Part shown: one piece after another, positions 25,412-25,551 of the stretch | How the letters are laid out: each line of letters opens with the position of its first letter | Position numbering within the stretch: position 1 is the stretch's first letter | Notes under the pieces: model-generated | The model's input: only the letters and a program-made list of their open reading frames with translations | Database searches by the model: none | Told to the model about the DNA's origin: nothing | Translations under genes and position numbers: made by a program | NCBI GenBank assembly: GCA_043803945.1 | Contig: JAZDJN010000092.1 | Location: 1 to 25,551, forward strand | Length of the DNA: 25,551 nucleotides | Source: a bacterium | Lineage (GTDB): Bacteria > Bacteroidota > Ignavibacteria > UBA10030 | Direction of reading: 5' to 3'

Positions 25412-25551
25412 CTTATCATTACCCATATCTTTGAAAAATGAGATAGGCTTGAGCAATATCATCGAGACGTCTCAAGCCGCGCCATAATACTTTCACACCC
25501 GGATATCCATCACCCTTGCGTCCTAAGAACCCACCTAATCGTGCAAGCATC
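25412..25551 (-). mobile_element. IS4-family (IS50/Tn5-like) insertion sequence, right end, truncated by the window edge
   Basis: Terminal repeat CTTATCATTACCCATATCT at 25412-25430. The transposase stop codon lies inside it. Confidence 0.88.
25419..25550 (-). CDS. IS4-family transposase, C-terminal fragment
   Basis: Not in the ORF track. Translation MLARLGGFLGRKGDGYPGVKVLWRGLRRLDDIAQAYLIFQRYG* matches the Tn5-type C-terminal motif ARLGG...RK.DG.PG...LWRG. Confidence 0.92.
   Translation of the reverse strand: MLARLGGFLGRKGDGYPGVKVLWRGLRRLDDIAQAYLIFQRYG

Noticed and set aside
25201-25419. 72-aa ORF between the IS end and the DUF362 gene
   Set aside because: It begins inside the IS terminal repeat and has no recognisable features. 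A short real gene from an internal ATG cannot be fully excluded.
1-25551. Circular element carrying a single IS copy
   Set aside because: The inner flanks of the two IS ends do not form a target-site duplication, and no replication or integrase genes are present.

Overview
This is a 25.5-kb bacterial segment, probably from an FCB/Ignavibacteria-like lineage (inferred from gene content and repeat families only). Both edges fall inside IS4-family (IS50/Tn5-like) elements in the same orientation: the transposase N-terminus and left end at 1-197, and the C-terminus and right end at 25412-25551. Between them, in order: a large exported DUF5107/TPR protein; a decayed AT-rich defence islet (Panacea antitoxin, a 31-codon ORF, fragments of type I R-M hsdS and hsdR); an intact, translationally coupled gatE-gatD pair, the Glu-tRNA(Gln) amidotransferase classically considered archaea-specific; an operon of corrinoid protein, B12 reactivation domain, ribokinase, D-lyxose isomerase-like cupin and UroD/MtaA-family protein; and a zinc-ribbon membrane protein. 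A long minus-strand run follows, encoding two Tat-exported DUF362 proteins, a DUF6599-like protein, a NapH/NapG-like polyferredoxin with an internal Tat motif, a homocysteine S-methyltransferase coupled to a GH38 glycosidase, a Tat amidase and a flavin reductase. Three families of palindromic repeats occur, one apparently inserted in-frame in a coding sequence. The best candidates for new biology are the bacterial GatDE and a split methionine-synthase-like system with no folate-binding module in this window but embedded among sugar enzymes. All family calls come from motif recognition, not database searches.
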